A stretch of DNA of 64,000 nucleotides from assembly GCA_020891255.1 (NCBI GenBank), contig BQFW01000015.1:1-64000 (forward strand), in the 5' to 3' direction. This document shows, piece after piece, positions 62,639-64,000 of the stretch (positions are counted from its first letter, which is position 1; each line of letters begins with the position of its first letter). Both the position numbers and the translations under genes were made by a program. The stretch is from Entomortierella parvispora E1425 (lineage: Eukaryota; Fungi; Mortierellomycota). The notes under the pieces were generated by a model. It ran no database searches. It was not told the origin of the DNA and was given only the letters and a program-made list of their open reading frames with translations.

Positions 62639-64000
62639 CGTAACGAGAGGTGATGAAAGTGGAAAGTGGTGAAGAGTCCGCAGTCAGAAAAGCGCGACGT
62701 GCATGGTCAGTATGATGCACGCAGATCACGCGATTCTCATCGCTGTGATTTACTTCGGTGATATCATTCACGCGCCCATTGTGTGAAAGTCGGGCGCATG
62801 CAAAATGGAAAAAAAAAGTCATGTGCGTATGGGTCTGTGTCCAGCAGGACAAGTCAGCTTGGACATTTGTCAACGTGTTTTTATTTTTTTTTGTTTTTTT
62901 GTTCCCTCTGCTGCTGAAGCTGAAGGCAAGTCGAGGACAAGCGGGTTTCCATTAAAATTTAAATCATTAATCCGACCATGAACGAATGCTGAATTTACCT
63001 CAATAGCCTCTTCCTGCGCGCTCAACCATCGATCGCACCCTACCATTAGACATGTATCTGTGCTGCTTCCCTCAGTGATCCAGGGATTGAAGAGAAGGAT
63101 ACGCACGACAAGGATTACTGAGCAGGCTATCCTCTCATTAGGCAAGAAAGATAGAGGCTACGACTGAGAGGTGCATCAAGAGAACAACAATTATTTCTTT
63201 CGAGTTTCGTGGAACTTCCTAACTCCGGCGCCTTCCAAGTTTTTCGAAAATATAACCGCAAAACAGGATCGTGTATTTTCCCTTCCTCGCTGTCCTTGCC
63301 CTACTTGTGGCACTCGCCTGCCTCAAGATGAAACGATCTTGATTTAGGCAGTGGTGCTCCAACAGAGAAAGAGGCCACGAAATCTAGAAGAGGACAAAAT
63401 AGAGGAACATTTGGGTTAGGCAGTCTATCAACAGAAGACTCTAGTCAGTCAGCAAGGCGTGATGATCTATCGATATCTATCGCGGTAGTCCATAAAGCGG
63501 GATTCAAGGATGTGGAGGGGAGCGAGGAAGACAAAGGTCGATGCTGAACCCACAAAAAAAAAAGCGTGCAGGTCCAGGCAGGCATGGTCTCTTTATTTCC
63601 CTGCAGAGTAGGAAATAACGACAGCAGCTCGCACCAAGCTGATGCTTCTGATGCCTCTTTCCGTCTCCCTCCAACACGCATCGGAGGCCCACACATCGTC
63701 CTCTTGGTCCTCCTTCTTCCACGCCATTAACTTGTTGCTTTGTTTCGTGGAAAGCCAGCCATCCCTGTCGAAACGCACTCTGCCATTACAATTGGACTCT
63801 CAATTTTTCAATCATTTTGTCAAGAAAATCAACAGACTTGCAAGCCTCGAACACATATACCCACATATGCCCTTGCTCTGGTACCTCTCCAATCCTGATG
63901 CCAATCAGGGCTCAATCAATCAAAAATCAACGCCCTTGGAGTGAAGACCAAGCTGAGCAAACAGACGAATGTTTCCCGAGAATCTCGACTCCATTGCCCA

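Noticed and set aside
63445-64000. Short ORFs at the window end
   Set aside because: No motif or splice structure supports a gene call.

Overview
Eukaryotic, intron-containing fungal DNA. It is probably Mortierellaceae: introns are mostly 60-120 nt GT..CTAAC..YAG, there is a Crinkler-type gene, and (CCCTAAAAAA)n is the complement of T6AG3, a telomere motif I recall for Mortierella alpina but could not check. The window looks like a subtelomere. A block of at least 15.8 kb occurs twice, nearly identical (1-15835 and 38909-54740), and both copies end exactly at an interstitial C-strand telomere tract. The block carries, all on the + strand: (i) a full-length APE-RT non-LTR retrotransposon whose 5' leader has a TATA box and four spliceosomal introns, (ii) about 6 kb of intron-rich repeated modules, (iii) GC-rich 250-bp repeats, and (iv) an orphan ORF of about 278 aa ending about 55 nt before the telomere tract. 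Between and after the copies lie a GA-rich subtelomeric repeat family, a degenerate PIF/Harbinger transposase and a 5'-truncated LINE with TSD. There is also a complete 5.7-kb hAT element (8-bp TSD, about 400-bp TIRs, 5-exon transposase, second gene), a second truncated hAT, and three members of an unrecognised Cys/His (Zn-finger-like) gene family that sit beside the transposases. Unique sequence starts near 59.3 kb with a CRN-NTPase-REase gene. Most long low-complexity ORFs in the track are minisatellite artefacts. Frameshifts in the duplicated ORFs sit in homopolymers and differ between copies, so they may be long-read errors.
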